Shown: positions 1 through 9,257, counted from the stretch's first letter. The stretch: 22,110 nt of DNA from an uncultured Verrucomicrobiales bacterium (GCA_938091905.1 CALKOM010000116.1:1-22110), one strand, 5' to 3'. Notes: generated by a model not told the origin, from the sequence alone. A program made the numbers and translations.

Positions 1-48
1 CAACATCAATTCCGCCCCAATTGGATTCTTCCCTGTCTGCGTAAACGA

Positions 49-70
49 CTCGCTACCAGGGGATAGCGAG
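49..70. other. Short perfect inverted repeat (7-bp stem CTCGCTA/TAGCGAG, 8-nt loop); possible terminator or RNA hairpin
   Basis: Seen directly: CTCGCTA-CCAGGGGA-TAGCGAG. There is no strong U-tract on either side, so the function is uncertain. Confidence 0.2.
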
Positions 71-615
71 ATTTCGATTGCGTTCGAAGATCAGCGATTC
101 ACATGATTTCCATCCAGCCAATCTGACGGAGAGCCGAAAAATCAATCAGCTGTAAGTGACCAAGATCAACGGCTGCCACGCCGGAATGCGTATTCATATA
201 AGCTAGTGTCCCATTTTTCTCATTCAGTGCCAGGAGCGTTTGCCTCTTTTCTCGAGACGCCTCCCCACACGTCACATCAATGAATGCATCTCTCTCCCAC
301 CCCTACCATAAACAACACGCCCGGTCGGCTATCTCACTAACTCTGTTCGCTCCAATCTCCATTCCTTCTAAGATCCCACATCTAGAGATACTTGCGGAAA
401 CGTCGCAAATCCATGTTCACCGAATAAGAAAACGGCTAGGCGAGATCTTTAGATCCGTTGTCTTCGGCAACATGAGCAACCCAACGATTACCGATAACGA
501 AATCCACGCACTGCAACTAGCACAGGAGCGTTAGGAGCGGTCATTTCCAATTGAATTCCCTATCAGATAGCTTTCTGAAGAACGTACCCTTATAAACGAT
601 AAAAACCTAAGCGAT

Positions 616-1470
616 CTACTTGTCTGAGTCAGCCAGGTATTTGACAAACCATCTGGTCACCTCAGACACCATCTTACCCTGGTTACCTTCGAGCCCATGC
701 CCAGAATCGGGAAAGACAATCAGTTTGTGAGGGACCTTCTCTCGTTCCAGCGCTTTCGCGATCCACTCCCCGTGTCGCGGAGGCACCAGCTCATCCTTAC
801 CGCCCATGATCACGAGGGCCGGAGCATCGTCCGAGGTGACGTGTGTCAGTGGCGAATTTGGGCCCGCTTCCCTCAGTTCCAAATCCAACGCCGGGAAATT
901 CTTGTAGGCAGGAAGGGTCTCAGGGGCTTCCCAAACAGCCACCCGCAGATCCGTCGGAGGGACGAGCGCGGCGACTGCAGCGACTCGGCTTGAGGCACGT
1001 TTGATCGGATCCTTCGAGCCTGGATCTCCATCATCACCCGAGGTTCCCAACATCAATGCCAGATGCCCCCCGGCACTCATTCCCAAGACGCCCAAGCACT
1101 CGGGATCGACATCAAACGTTTCTGATTTGGAACGAACATAACGAACTGCACGTCTGACATCTGCGATCGCTTCTGGAATAGAGTAGCGCGGACTACTGCC
1201 ATGACGCACACAGAACACCTTGAAGCCCATCGCAAGATAAGGAGCAAAGAGCGGCTGAATCTGTTCTGGGGGCGCCCATTTGGAAACCCAACCACCGCTC
1301 ATCATGAATAGAATAGCCGCTCCGTTAGGCTCGGCATCCGCCTGATACAGATCCATGGTCATCGCCAAGCCATGCTTGTGTCCGTAGACAATGTCAGCCT
1401 GAATCTTGGAATCCGCGATGGCCAACGTTCCCCCGACCGCGAAATAGATTAATAGTAAGAGTCGTTTCAC
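616..1470 (-). CDS. Secreted alpha/beta hydrolase (acetyl esterase/lipase, BD-FAE-like)
   Basis: N-terminal signal peptide (MKRLLLLIYFAVGGTLAIA), SGGW oxyanion region, GMSAGG nucleophile elbow, GGKDELV (Asp) and SGHG (His). GTG start. Confidence 0.88.
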   Translation of the reverse strand: MKRLLLLIYFAVGGTLAIADSKIQADIVYGHKHGLAMTMDLYQADAEPNGAAILFMMSGGWVSKWAPPEQIQPLFAPYLAMGFKVFCVRHGSSPRYSIPEAIADVRRAVRYVRSKSETFDVDPECLGVLGMSAGGHLALMLGTSGDDGDPGSKDPIKRASSRVAAVAALVPPTDLRVAVWEAPETLPAYKNFPALDLELREAGPNSPLTHVTSDDAPALVIMGGKDELVPPRHGEWIAKALEREKVPHKLIVFPDSGHGLEGNQGKMVSEVTRWFVKYLADSDK

Positions 1471-1831
1471 AGAACAAAGCTACGAAACTCGTAGCCACGA
1501 AGTCAACGAGCACAACGCATGATCCTAAAAACTGCAATGGGATCGGCAGAAGAGCGCGCAAACTCTTGATTTTTAGGCCTTTGAGCACCAGGCGCTTGTC
1601 ATCCTATGGGTTCATTGCGGACCAATAGAGAATCGTTAAAAACTAACGTTTTACGAGTATTTCAGGGATCCCATTCCCGTTTCTAGGATGATAGCAGTCT
1701 ACACGGGTGGCATGATGACGAAACGAACGAAACGCAGTACATGCATGGGGTGACGTCATTGGATCGTTCTATTCAGTGGTCTGAGATTGGCGAAGGATTC
1801 AACGACGTCACTTAGCTCAGCTAGCGTCATG

Positions 1832-4800
1832 TCACTGGCTTGGCTCCATCTTCAATCGGTAGAATGGCTTGCCAACGTCACGTTCCAACAATTCAAGCGT
1901 CCGCACTTCTAGAGAAGGATCCACGAACTGCTGTCCGGCCAGAGCAGACGGTTGCATCTCCCACAACACCAAATCAGAAGACCGTTCCAATACGAAAGAA
2001 TAGCCTGAGGCCACACGAGCGTGGTGCGTGATCAAAATCGCGTCATCTTCTCCAAAGCTGATTTCCGCCCACAGACCTTCCTTCAGATCCAACCCGAGAG
2101 CGTATTCCGCCAAATGTGATAGACCATTACCATCCGGATCTTCATTCGCATCCGTTAGACCTCGTTCTCGCATCCACTGCTCGAACGAGGCTGGAGTAGA
2201 GGCGTCAGAATTCGCTGGTGCCGCATGCCACAACCCAGGGTCATTGACATCGATTCTAGCACTTGGATCTTTGAGATGAAGAGCCTGTTCCAAGCCCAAC
2301 GAAGGCCATGGCGCGATGGGCTGGTAGGAGACCTCGACAATCGTTTCCGAGTCTCGATCCACCAGCCGAAGGCGCTCGCCGTCGTTGTCCAGTCGCGAAT
2401 CTGTATAGGCTCCCGCGACCTCACTCGACCGGCCGTAGCGTTGCTCGAACGCGGTGCGGTTATTGACGACAAACATGCGTTCACCCGGTGCCAGCTCCGT
2501 GATCCGCGCCTGGTCGAAATTAAACTGAATGCCCGCAGTAAAATGAGTCCCTCTGAAATCAACGGTGAGTGGGCCGATATTCATCAGCTCCACGAATTCA
2601 AACGCACTCGCTGACTGGATTCCTTCGGCCAGCTCTTTCTGACTAGGAGCCGATGGGCGATAGTGAATCGTTGTTAGTATAACATTCACAGAAGAGGCGG
2701 GTTCGCTGTCGATCCAATAGGACACTTCGTTTAATGCAGACCATTCGTCATCTCGCAAGAGACGAGCTCGTACGGTCACGCTCTCAACAAGAGAAATTGG
2801 GGCCTCATACTTCATGGCGTCTTTGGACAGTTCACCACCAAACAAGCGCGGATCTGAACCGTCCATCGTATAGTAGACTTTGCCACCAAGTGGAGTGAAC
2901 AATCCTGCCATATGTTTAGAACGCATGTTCAGGAATGTGCCAGTATCCACACGGCCGCCTGCTTCGCTAAAGACCGGGGCCTCAAGCTCTGGGTAAACAC
3001 CTTGATCGCGAAACTGATCTAAAACGATCTCAGATCGCTGCGGGAACCAATTCTCTAACAAGCTCTCTCGAAGATCCTGAAAATCCTTGGCTACCGTATA
3101 GGGCGTGGCTCGGCGGTAGTCCCCCCATCGTGCCGACTCAGCAATTAGAGCCGTCTCAATTTCATTTGTGATCTCCATCCAAAGAGCCGCTGGAAGGTTA
3201 AGAGATGGATGCTCTGGGTCCCACTCAGGCTCAGCTTTGTCTACTGCTAACACTCCGCCATTAAAAAAGGCTCGATGCAGATGATCCCCGAAGAGAAGTC
3301 GATATTCCTCATTGTCTTTCAACGGATGATGAAACTTGGTGGGCGAATCGTTGTCCCGTGAATGAGGCCTCGTCCGGTCCTCAGTCACGGCCGATTTCAT
3401 TCCATGCTCATTGTCCCAACTCAGACACTTGAAGCCACCCGATGCGCCTGTCCGATCCCGCCCCATATAGTAATTGCCCGGCCAATCTTGCGCCGCTGAG
3501 TACATGTTGTGGATCATGTAGTCGATCATTGAGGGCACATCCAGGTGGTCAGAGATCGCCAAGTAAGCTTCGTTACTTGAGAAATCGCGATACCCAGCGG
3601 AAAAGCGATTCCCGTCGACCTGCACCGCTTCAAGAAAATCCGTGAATGCTTGGCCATCACCACGAATAATCTCCTCGTGATTCTTTACGACGTCCCAATC
3701 GTCCGCCGAGCCTCCGTAGTAGCTTGCCATGAACGATGCATCTGGACGTTCGGTAGGATTGTAGACGCCCCAGTAGAGCCCATTGATGTAGAGATGGACC
3801 CAGGTGCCATGGCAAGCAGGCCATCCCATGGCTTGTTGAGTCCGTCTGTTCCACTCATCGCGGACAAACTGCCCCACACGGTTACCAGGACTATCATACA
3901 CCCAAGCGTCTTGTGAATTGGATCGCAGAACCAACGTATCAAACTCGCGCACTGCGTCATCTCCAAAGAGAGGGTAACGCAACTTGCTCGCCCCATAGCG
4001 CTCTTTGAATAGAAGTCGAAGCGAGTGTTTCGGATTTCTGCCAGGATCACGAGAGGTAAATCCTTGAATTCGCAGCCCCGCATTCACTTGAAAACCCTTT
4101 TTCCCATCAGGATGAATCAACTCAGCGGATGCTGCACGCTCCGATTCCAGGCCACGATCTTCGGTATTATGATAGATTCCCCTTGCACGTCCAAACATCG
4201 ATTCGACCGGCAGAACGAGGGAAAGGGACGGCAAGCTCTGGAGAGCATCAGCGATGACAGCTTTCGCTCCGGCCGCCGAGAGCTCTTCATCTCCAGCAAT
4301 CAACGGCAGGTCTTCAGGGTCCTGGTCCATTCCGTAATCCGCACCCCTCCAGGTTTCAGGGAAGCCTTCAGGCGCGTCGGGTTGATCGGTTACATGTTGA
4401 GGAAAGAGATAGGTCTGGGTACCAATATTCGAAGACAGATGGCCGTCTTTTATCGCGATAGCACGAAGTGTGGTTGTTGTCGTGATCGCGATCGACCGAC
4501 CAGGCTTGAGCACTTCTCCTACCGCTCCGATGAAGAGGCTCCCTAGACTCGGCTCTCGACCATCCAGAGTATAAAGAATTTGGGCACCTTCGGTCGCGGT
4601 GGTGATGGTCACTTCAAACGGCTCAACAAAGAAGCCACGACCAACGGAGAACTTCGTGTCTGCAACTTTCCCTAACCAATGGACTCCGTTTGCTTTATTG
4701 GGTGTGGCCGCACGAAACGCCCCAACGGTCGTCTCGCCGACATCATCCACACGGACACCATACGATACTCCGGAACTCTGGGGCGGATAAGGATCAAAGG

Positions 4801-5230
4801 CATGAACGATGGTCTGCCCGTCCGGCTCTACCAGAGCTAGATATTCACCACCTCCGCGAAGCGAGAAGTTCGTGTGGATCTCTGGTATAAATGGGCTGTT
4901 CCCCTCTTTCCCCGACGCGAACACCAACCGATAAGCACCGGAATGGATGTTTATGGTAGGCACTTGAAATTTGGTTAAGACGTCAGGATCATCCGTCAGA
5001 TACCAACCAGCAAGAGTGACGGTCTCCTCGGTAGGATTGTGAAGTTCCAACCAGTCAACATACTCGCCCTCACGATCCGGAAAGGCTCCTCCATTCACCG
5101 CCATGAACTCGCTGATGTAGACGGTGTTCAGATCCGGCTCTGCCGAATCAACGAAAAGCGCACCACACCAAAAGATAGCGGTTGCCGCGATTCGTAGAGG
5201 GTTCATGACATGAATCGGCGAATGACTCAC
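1832..5230 (-). CDS. Secreted lamin-tail-domain / CotH-kinase-family multidomain protein
   Basis: LTD motifs ISEFMAVN..DWLELHN..LAGWYLTDD and IHYRP..FEFVELMN; two YTLDG/YTMDGSDP Fn3-associated modules; CotH core (HLYINGLYWGVYNPTERPD, DWPGNYY, WDNE). The start may instead be the ATG at 5206. Confidence 0.85.
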   Translation of the reverse strand: MSHSPIHVMNPLRIAATAIFWCGALFVDSAEPDLNTVYISEFMAVNGGAFPDREGEYVDWLELHNPTEETVTLAGWYLTDDPDVLTKFQVPTINIHSGAYRLVFASGKEGNSPFIPEIHTNFSLRGGGEYLALVEPDGQTIVHAFDPYPPQSSGVSYGVRVDDVGETTVGAFRAATPNKANGVHWLGKVADTKFSVGRGFFVEPFEVTITTATEGAQILYTLDGREPSLGSLFIGAVGEVLKPGRSIAITTTTTLRAIAIKDGHLSSNIGTQTYLFPQHVTDQPDAPEGFPETWRGADYGMDQDPEDLPLIAGDEELSAAGAKAVIADALQSLPSLSLVLPVESMFGRARGIYHNTEDRGLESERAASAELIHPDGKKGFQVNAGLRIQGFTSRDPGRNPKHSLRLLFKERYGASKLRYPLFGDDAVREFDTLVLRSNSQDAWVYDSPGNRVGQFVRDEWNRRTQQAMGWPACHGTWVHLYINGLYWGVYNPTERPDASFMASYYGGSADDWDVVKNHEEIIRGDGQAFTDFLEAVQVDGNRFSAGYRDFSSNEAYLAISDHLDVPSMIDYMIHNMYSAAQDWPGNYYMGRDRTGASGGFKCLSWDNEHGMKSAVTEDRTRPHSRDNDSPTKFHHPLKDNEEYRLLFGDHLHRAFFNGGVLAVDKAEPEWDPEHPSLNLPAALWMEITNEIETALIAESARWGDYRRATPYTVAKDFQDLRESLLENWFPQRSEIVLDQFRDQGVYPELEAPVFSEAGGRVDTGTFLNMRSKHMAGLFTPLGGKVYYTMDGSDPRLFGGELSKDAMKYEAPISLVESVTVRARLLRDDEWSALNEVSYWIDSEPASSVNVILTTIHYRPSAPSQKELAEGIQSASAFEFVELMNIGPLTVDFRGTHFTAGIQFNFDQARITELAPGERMFVVNNRTAFEQRYGRSSEVAGAYTDSRLDNDGERLRLVDRDSETIVEVSYQPIAPWPSLGLEQALHLKDPSARIDVNDPGLWHAAPANSDASTPASFEQWMRERGLTDANEDPDGNGLSHLAEYALGLDLKEGLWAEISFGEDDAILITHHARVASGYSFVLERSSDLVLWEMQPSALAGQQFVDPSLEVRTLELLERDVGKPFYRLKMEPSQ

Positions 5231-5239
5231 CTTTCGTTC

Positions 5240-5686
5240 CTATTCGAGATCGGTCGTAAGCTCACCATAAGACTTCTCCGTGCTCTTATCAATACGCCAG
5301 CCGAGTTCACTAAGAATGAGATGATAGGATCGGTCGTGTTTGTAACCATCGAACTCCAGCACTTCCAAGTTTACAAACGTCTCATCGCCAATGTCGATGG
5401 GCTCTCCAACAAAGACCTCTTTTTCCAGATCGAAATCGGGCGGACTCCCATAACTTGAATGCGATCGGTTGTGGTATCTGCGGCTACAGATTTTGCTCAT
5501 GATTTCTCGATAGCCGCGAAGGATGTCCTCGTTCTCTTCCTGGTTCTGAATCTTTGATTGCAACGCAACCAGATCGATCTCGTCAACTCACCCAACACTC
5601 AATAATGTTAGCCCTGAAGCGGCATCGTTCTCCCAGCCGAACATGGCTTGCTGGTAATCTTTGATCAGTTTCTCGAGCGATGTCAT
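5240..5686 (-). pseudogene. NTF2-fold immunity protein-like gene (Imm-NTF2) interrupted by one in-frame TGA at 5588-5590
   Basis: Manual translation from ATG 5686 gives MTSLEKLIKDYQQAMFGWENDAASGLTLLSVG*VDEIDLVALQSKIQ..., in frame with the listed 107-aa ORF (149 codons in total). Motifs AMxxWE, YREIMSKIC, SYGSPPDFD and SYHL..GWRIDK resemble my recollection of the Imm-NTF2 family. Confidence 0.6.
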
Positions 5687-5698
5687 GAATGCACTATA

Positions 5699-5733
5699 GT
5701 CTGGTTGTCTGGTTGTCTGGTTGTCTAGTTGTC
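5699..5733 (+). repeat. 8-bp tandem repeat (GTCTGGTT)x3 + GTCTAGTT + GTC
   Basis: Seen directly. It overlaps the sulfatase stop codon (5725-5727) and fills most of the gap to the next gene's start. Confidence 0.9.
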
Positions 5734-7818
5734 ACCTTCGACTTGGACTGGCAAGCGAGCGCCAGAGGAATCACGCCAGGCTCGTAATCTCGCAGCCATT
5801 AGAGATGCCTTTTCAGGTTCGGATTCGGCAAGATTCTTGGTTTCGCTTAGATCATCCTCTAATTGATAGAGTTCTAACGAGCCGTCATCGAAATTCTCAA
5901 TCAGTTTGTAAGGGCCCTGGCGCATCGCACTGCCTAAGCGATTTCCGCGGTGAAAGGCGTAGTTCGGGTAGTGGAAGAACAGGCTATCTCGCTGCAATTT
6001 TCCTGTCCCATCAAAGACAGGCATGAGACTCTCGCCGTCGAGTTTATCTGGAATCTCGAGGCCTGCCGCCTCCAACAATGTCGGATAAAGATCCATACTG
6101 ACAACGGGTTCAGAAGATACTACTCCCGGCTCAATCTTTCCTGGCCAACGCACCATCATCGGCACGCGGAGACCGCCTTCATAAAGATACCCTTTCTCTT
6201 CTCTCAACGGCCGATTGTCCGCAACCCCGCCAAAGCCGCCGTTGTCTGATGTAAAGATGACGATCGTTTCCTCACGAAGCCCCATCTCATCGATGCCTTT
6301 CAAGACTCGACCTATCGATTGGTCCATGGCTTCAATCATGGCACCATATCGCGGATCATTGAGTCCAGGCCCATTGTGACTAGCATATTTCTCCAGAAGA
6401 TCCTTTGGCGCTTCCATCGGCCAATGGACCGTGTAGTTCCAAAGAAAGAGCATAAACGGATCTCCAGCCTCCTTCTGGGTTTTCATGAAGCTGAGTGCCT
6501 CATCGGCAAGACGTTCAGGCAAATACTCTCCTTTCCGCCGAGGCTCTAAATTTGGAATCCGATAGGGATCAAAGAACGTCGGAGGGCCGCCGTAACCACA
6601 ACCACCGATATTGATATCGAACCCTTGAGCCGTGGGCTCGAACTCCGGCTTCCCCTTGCCCGGCCCACTGAGATGCCATTTGCCTATGAACCCAGTGGCA
6701 TACCCAGCCTCCTTGAGCCGTTCGGCAATGGTCACGTGCTCAAGCGGCAAGTGGTCCAGAGTCCTAGCAGGCAACACTTTGGGATTGTCAGGAATGAAGC
6801 GCGCTTGCTCAGGCAGGTGATTGGTAATTGCAAGACGTGCTGGTGAGAGGCCCGTTAGAATGGCCGCCCGTGTCGGAGAACAGACGGGTGCGGCAGCGTA
6901 GTTATCCGTGAAACGCATGCCTTCAGCAGCCAACCGATCAATGTTCGGTGTGTGGACTGCTGCATTTCCCTGCACATGCAAATCCATCCAGCCGAGGTCA
7001 TCGATAAGTATAAAGAGGATGTTCGGATTCTTGGGAATCACGGCATGCGAGATCACGAAGTCGACCAAAGCCTGACTTTTGAAGAATCCTTCCCACATGT
7101 TGTGCCCCTGCCCGTTGGCAACCTCGAGCGTCATGGACTTACCCAGCTCTCGATAGCGCTTCGCCACGATTTCTGAATTCGCAGACGACGGCACCACCTT
7201 ATCGACATCGCCATGGATATGATGGATAGGCACGTTTGCCTCTGCAAGCGGAGCTAGCCGGTTGATCGGATTGTGTATCGACAGGCCTGCTTCGAGTTGA
7301 GACTCCGTCAGGCCATAGGCCTCACACGCTTTGGCCAAGCCTGGATAACTCTGAAGATTACAGACCGGATAAATGCCCGCGATGCAACGCACCTTGTCTG
7401 GATGATCTGCAGCCCAATTATAAAGCATCAGGCCTCCACGACTGCGCGCCAACAAACAAGCCTTCGTATCGAAGTGATAGTCGCTAACTAGTTTTTCATA
7501 AAGCGCCGAATAGACGTCGCGTCCGGCGGGGCTTCCATAGGATTCGCCCACGTCTACGCCTGCGATCGCGATGCCCTGATCGAGAAATTGACGAATCATC
7601 CACCCTTCGTCTTTCGGACTTGGTAATCTGCGATCAAACGTAGGCGCATAGAAAACCCAAGGCGTCTTGGCTCTGCGCTGCTCCGCATCCGGCAAGATGA
7701 CAAAGGCTGGACGACCCGCGATCTCAAACCGCTCCCACAAGAACTCCTCTGATTCTTCTGCCCAGGCTTGGAATGCCAGGGCCGACCAACTCGCCATTAA
7801 TGTCGTCAACAATCGCAT
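5725..7818 (-). CDS. Secreted alpha/beta-hydrolase + S1 (formylglycine-dependent) sulfatase fusion protein
   Basis: Signal peptide from MRLLTTLMASWSALAFQAWA (ATG 7818, or GTG 7824). Hydrolase triad ARSRGG / HGDVD / GQGH, then sulfatase motifs PNILFILIDDLG, CSPTRAAILTG, GKWHL, FTSDNGG, YEGGLRVP. The ORF-track start at 8154 overlaps the divergent gene and is unlikely. Confidence 0.88.
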   Translation of the reverse strand: MRLLTTLMASWSALAFQAWAEESEEFLWERFEIAGRPAFVILPDAEQRRAKTPWVFYAPTFDRRLPSPKDEGWMIRQFLDQGIAIAGVDVGESYGSPAGRDVYSALYEKLVSDYHFDTKACLLARSRGGLMLYNWAADHPDKVRCIAGIYPVCNLQSYPGLAKACEAYGLTESQLEAGLSIHNPINRLAPLAEANVPIHHIHGDVDKVVPSSANSEIVAKRYRELGKSMTLEVANGQGHNMWEGFFKSQALVDFVISHAVIPKNPNILFILIDDLGWMDLHVQGNAAVHTPNIDRLAAEGMRFTDNYAAAPVCSPTRAAILTGLSPARLAITNHLPEQARFIPDNPKVLPARTLDHLPLEHVTIAERLKEAGYATGFIGKWHLSGPGKGKPEFEPTAQGFDINIGGCGYGGPPTFFDPYRIPNLEPRRKGEYLPERLADEALSFMKTQKEAGDPFMLFLWNYTVHWPMEAPKDLLEKYASHNGPGLNDPRYGAMIEAMDQSIGRVLKGIDEMGLREETIVIFTSDNGGFGGVADNRPLREEKGYLYEGGLRVPMMVRWPGKIEPGVVSSEPVVSMDLYPTLLEAAGLEIPDKLDGESLMPVFDGTGKLQRDSLFFHYPNYAFHRGNRLGSAMRQGPYKLIENFDDGSLELYQLEDDLSETKNLAESEPEKASLMAARLRAWRDSSGARLPVQVEGDN

Positions 7819-7914
7819 AATCACGTCAGAGATCCTAGGAAACTCCGCCTGGCTTGGCGAGCGCGAATCATTAGGATTGAGTTTAAAGTTTGCCCACGCT
7901 TTCATAGTGCCAAG

Positions 7915-9249
7915 ATGAAGCCGATACTGTTCACCCTTCTTGTCTCCGTAACGTTCGGCATGGCTGCAGATAAGCCTAACATCATCTACATCATGGCCGA
8001 TGATCTTGGCTATGGCGATTTGGGGTGCTTTGGAAGCAATCAGAACAAGACCCCCCATATCGATGCTCTTGCCGACCGCGGCGTTCGCCTGACAGACTTC
8101 CATGCAGCTGCGTGGTGTGCGCCCAGCAGAAGAGCGCTCATGACCGGTTGCCATGCAAACCGCCCGTGGAACAGAAACGGAAAGAAGATGGGGCGGGTGG
8201 CGTTGGCCATTACCCTACCAGAAACGCTAGAGGCGAACGGATATTCGACCGCCATTATCGGCAAATGGCATCTCGGCGTTGAAGAAGGGCTTCATCCTCT
8301 CGATCAGGGATTCGACTACTGGTACGGCACGCTAGGCAGTAACGATTGGGATGGCCCACCGCCCAACTACGCATCGTTTCGCAATGCTCCCGAGAAAGCC
8401 TGGAAGACACCACTCATCATAAATCGAAAGAACCATGGCCACATCGTTCCGCAATCTGAGTTCACTAAACGCTACACCGAGGAATCCATTCGACTGATCA
8501 AGGAGTCCAAAGATAACAAGCCATTCTTTCTCTACCTTGCACACAACATGCCCCACGTCCCCATCTTCGCTTCCGACGCGTTTCGAGGTACTAGCAAGAA
8601 TGGCATCTATGGCGACGTCATCGCGGAGATTGATTGGTCCGTAGGCGAAATCGTCCGTGCCCTCGCAGAAGCCGATCTCATTTCAAGCACACTCATTGTC
8701 TTCACCAGCGACAACGGACCATGGACCATGTTTAACGAATTCGGTGGCGTGGCAACGCCACTGCGAGGTGAGAAATCAACCACGTGGGAAGGCGGAGACC
8801 GCGTGCCCTGCATCATTTCCTGGCCAGGAAAGATCAGACCCAAAGTCTCCCGCGAGTTCATGATGAACTACGATATTTACGCCACCATCGCAGGGCTCAC
8901 AAAGTCATCTGTTCCCGAGGGCCACGCGATCGATTCCCTCGATCTGTCGAGTATGCTTCTTGATGGGATGGCCAGCCCAAGAAAGAAACACCTTCATTAC
9001 ATGCACCGACCAATGGCGATGCGAAGCGGTAACTACAAGCTGCATGTCCGGACACGCGAAAGAACACGCGATCCAGAAACCGGGAAGCAAGAACCATCAG
9101 TCACCCAGAACCCGCCACTTCTTTTCAATGTAAAGAACGATCCATCAGAGCAACGGAATCTTGCCGCCGAACAACCTGAGATCGTCAAACGCCTTCAACA
9201 GGAGATGCTTGAGACGGAGAAGGCGCTCAAGAACTGGCAGCCATTCTAA
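7915..9249 (+). CDS. Secreted S1 sulfatase (arylsulfatase A-like)
   Basis: Signal peptide; PNIIYIMADDLGYGD, CAPSRRALMTG (CxPxR), GKWHLG, MPHVP, FTSDNGP, WEGGDRVP. Confidence 0.93.
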   Translation: MKPILFTLLVSVTFGMAADKPNIIYIMADDLGYGDLGCFGSNQNKTPHIDALADRGVRLTDFHAAAWCAPSRRALMTGCHANRPWNRNGKKMGRVALAITLPETLEANGYSTAIIGKWHLGVEEGLHPLDQGFDYWYGTLGSNDWDGPPPNYASFRNAPEKAWKTPLIINRKNHGHIVPQSEFTKRYTEESIRLIKESKDNKPFFLYLAHNMPHVPIFASDAFRGTSKNGIYGDVIAEIDWSVGEIVRALAEADLISSTLIVFTSDNGPWTMFNEFGGVATPLRGEKSTTWEGGDRVPCIISWPGKIRPKVSREFMMNYDIYATIAGLTKSSVPEGHAIDSLDLSSMLLDGMASPRKKHLHYMHRPMAMRSGNYKLHVRTRERTRDPETGKQEPSVTQNPPLLFNVKNDPSEQRNLAAEQPEIVKRLQQEMLETEKALKNWQPF

Positions 9250-9257
9250 AAGCCAAC

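Noticed and set aside
280..534. 84-aa plus-strand ORF
   Set aside because: No recognisable motif or translation signal, so it cannot be supported as a gene.
5699..5733. CRISPR array
   Set aside because: The units are 8 bp and directly adjacent with no spacers, and no cas genes are present.
7819..8154. N-terminal 112-aa extension of the hydrolase-sulfatase ORF
   Set aside because: Much of it is antisense to the start of the plus-strand sulfatase, and a good signal peptide begins at 7818/7824.
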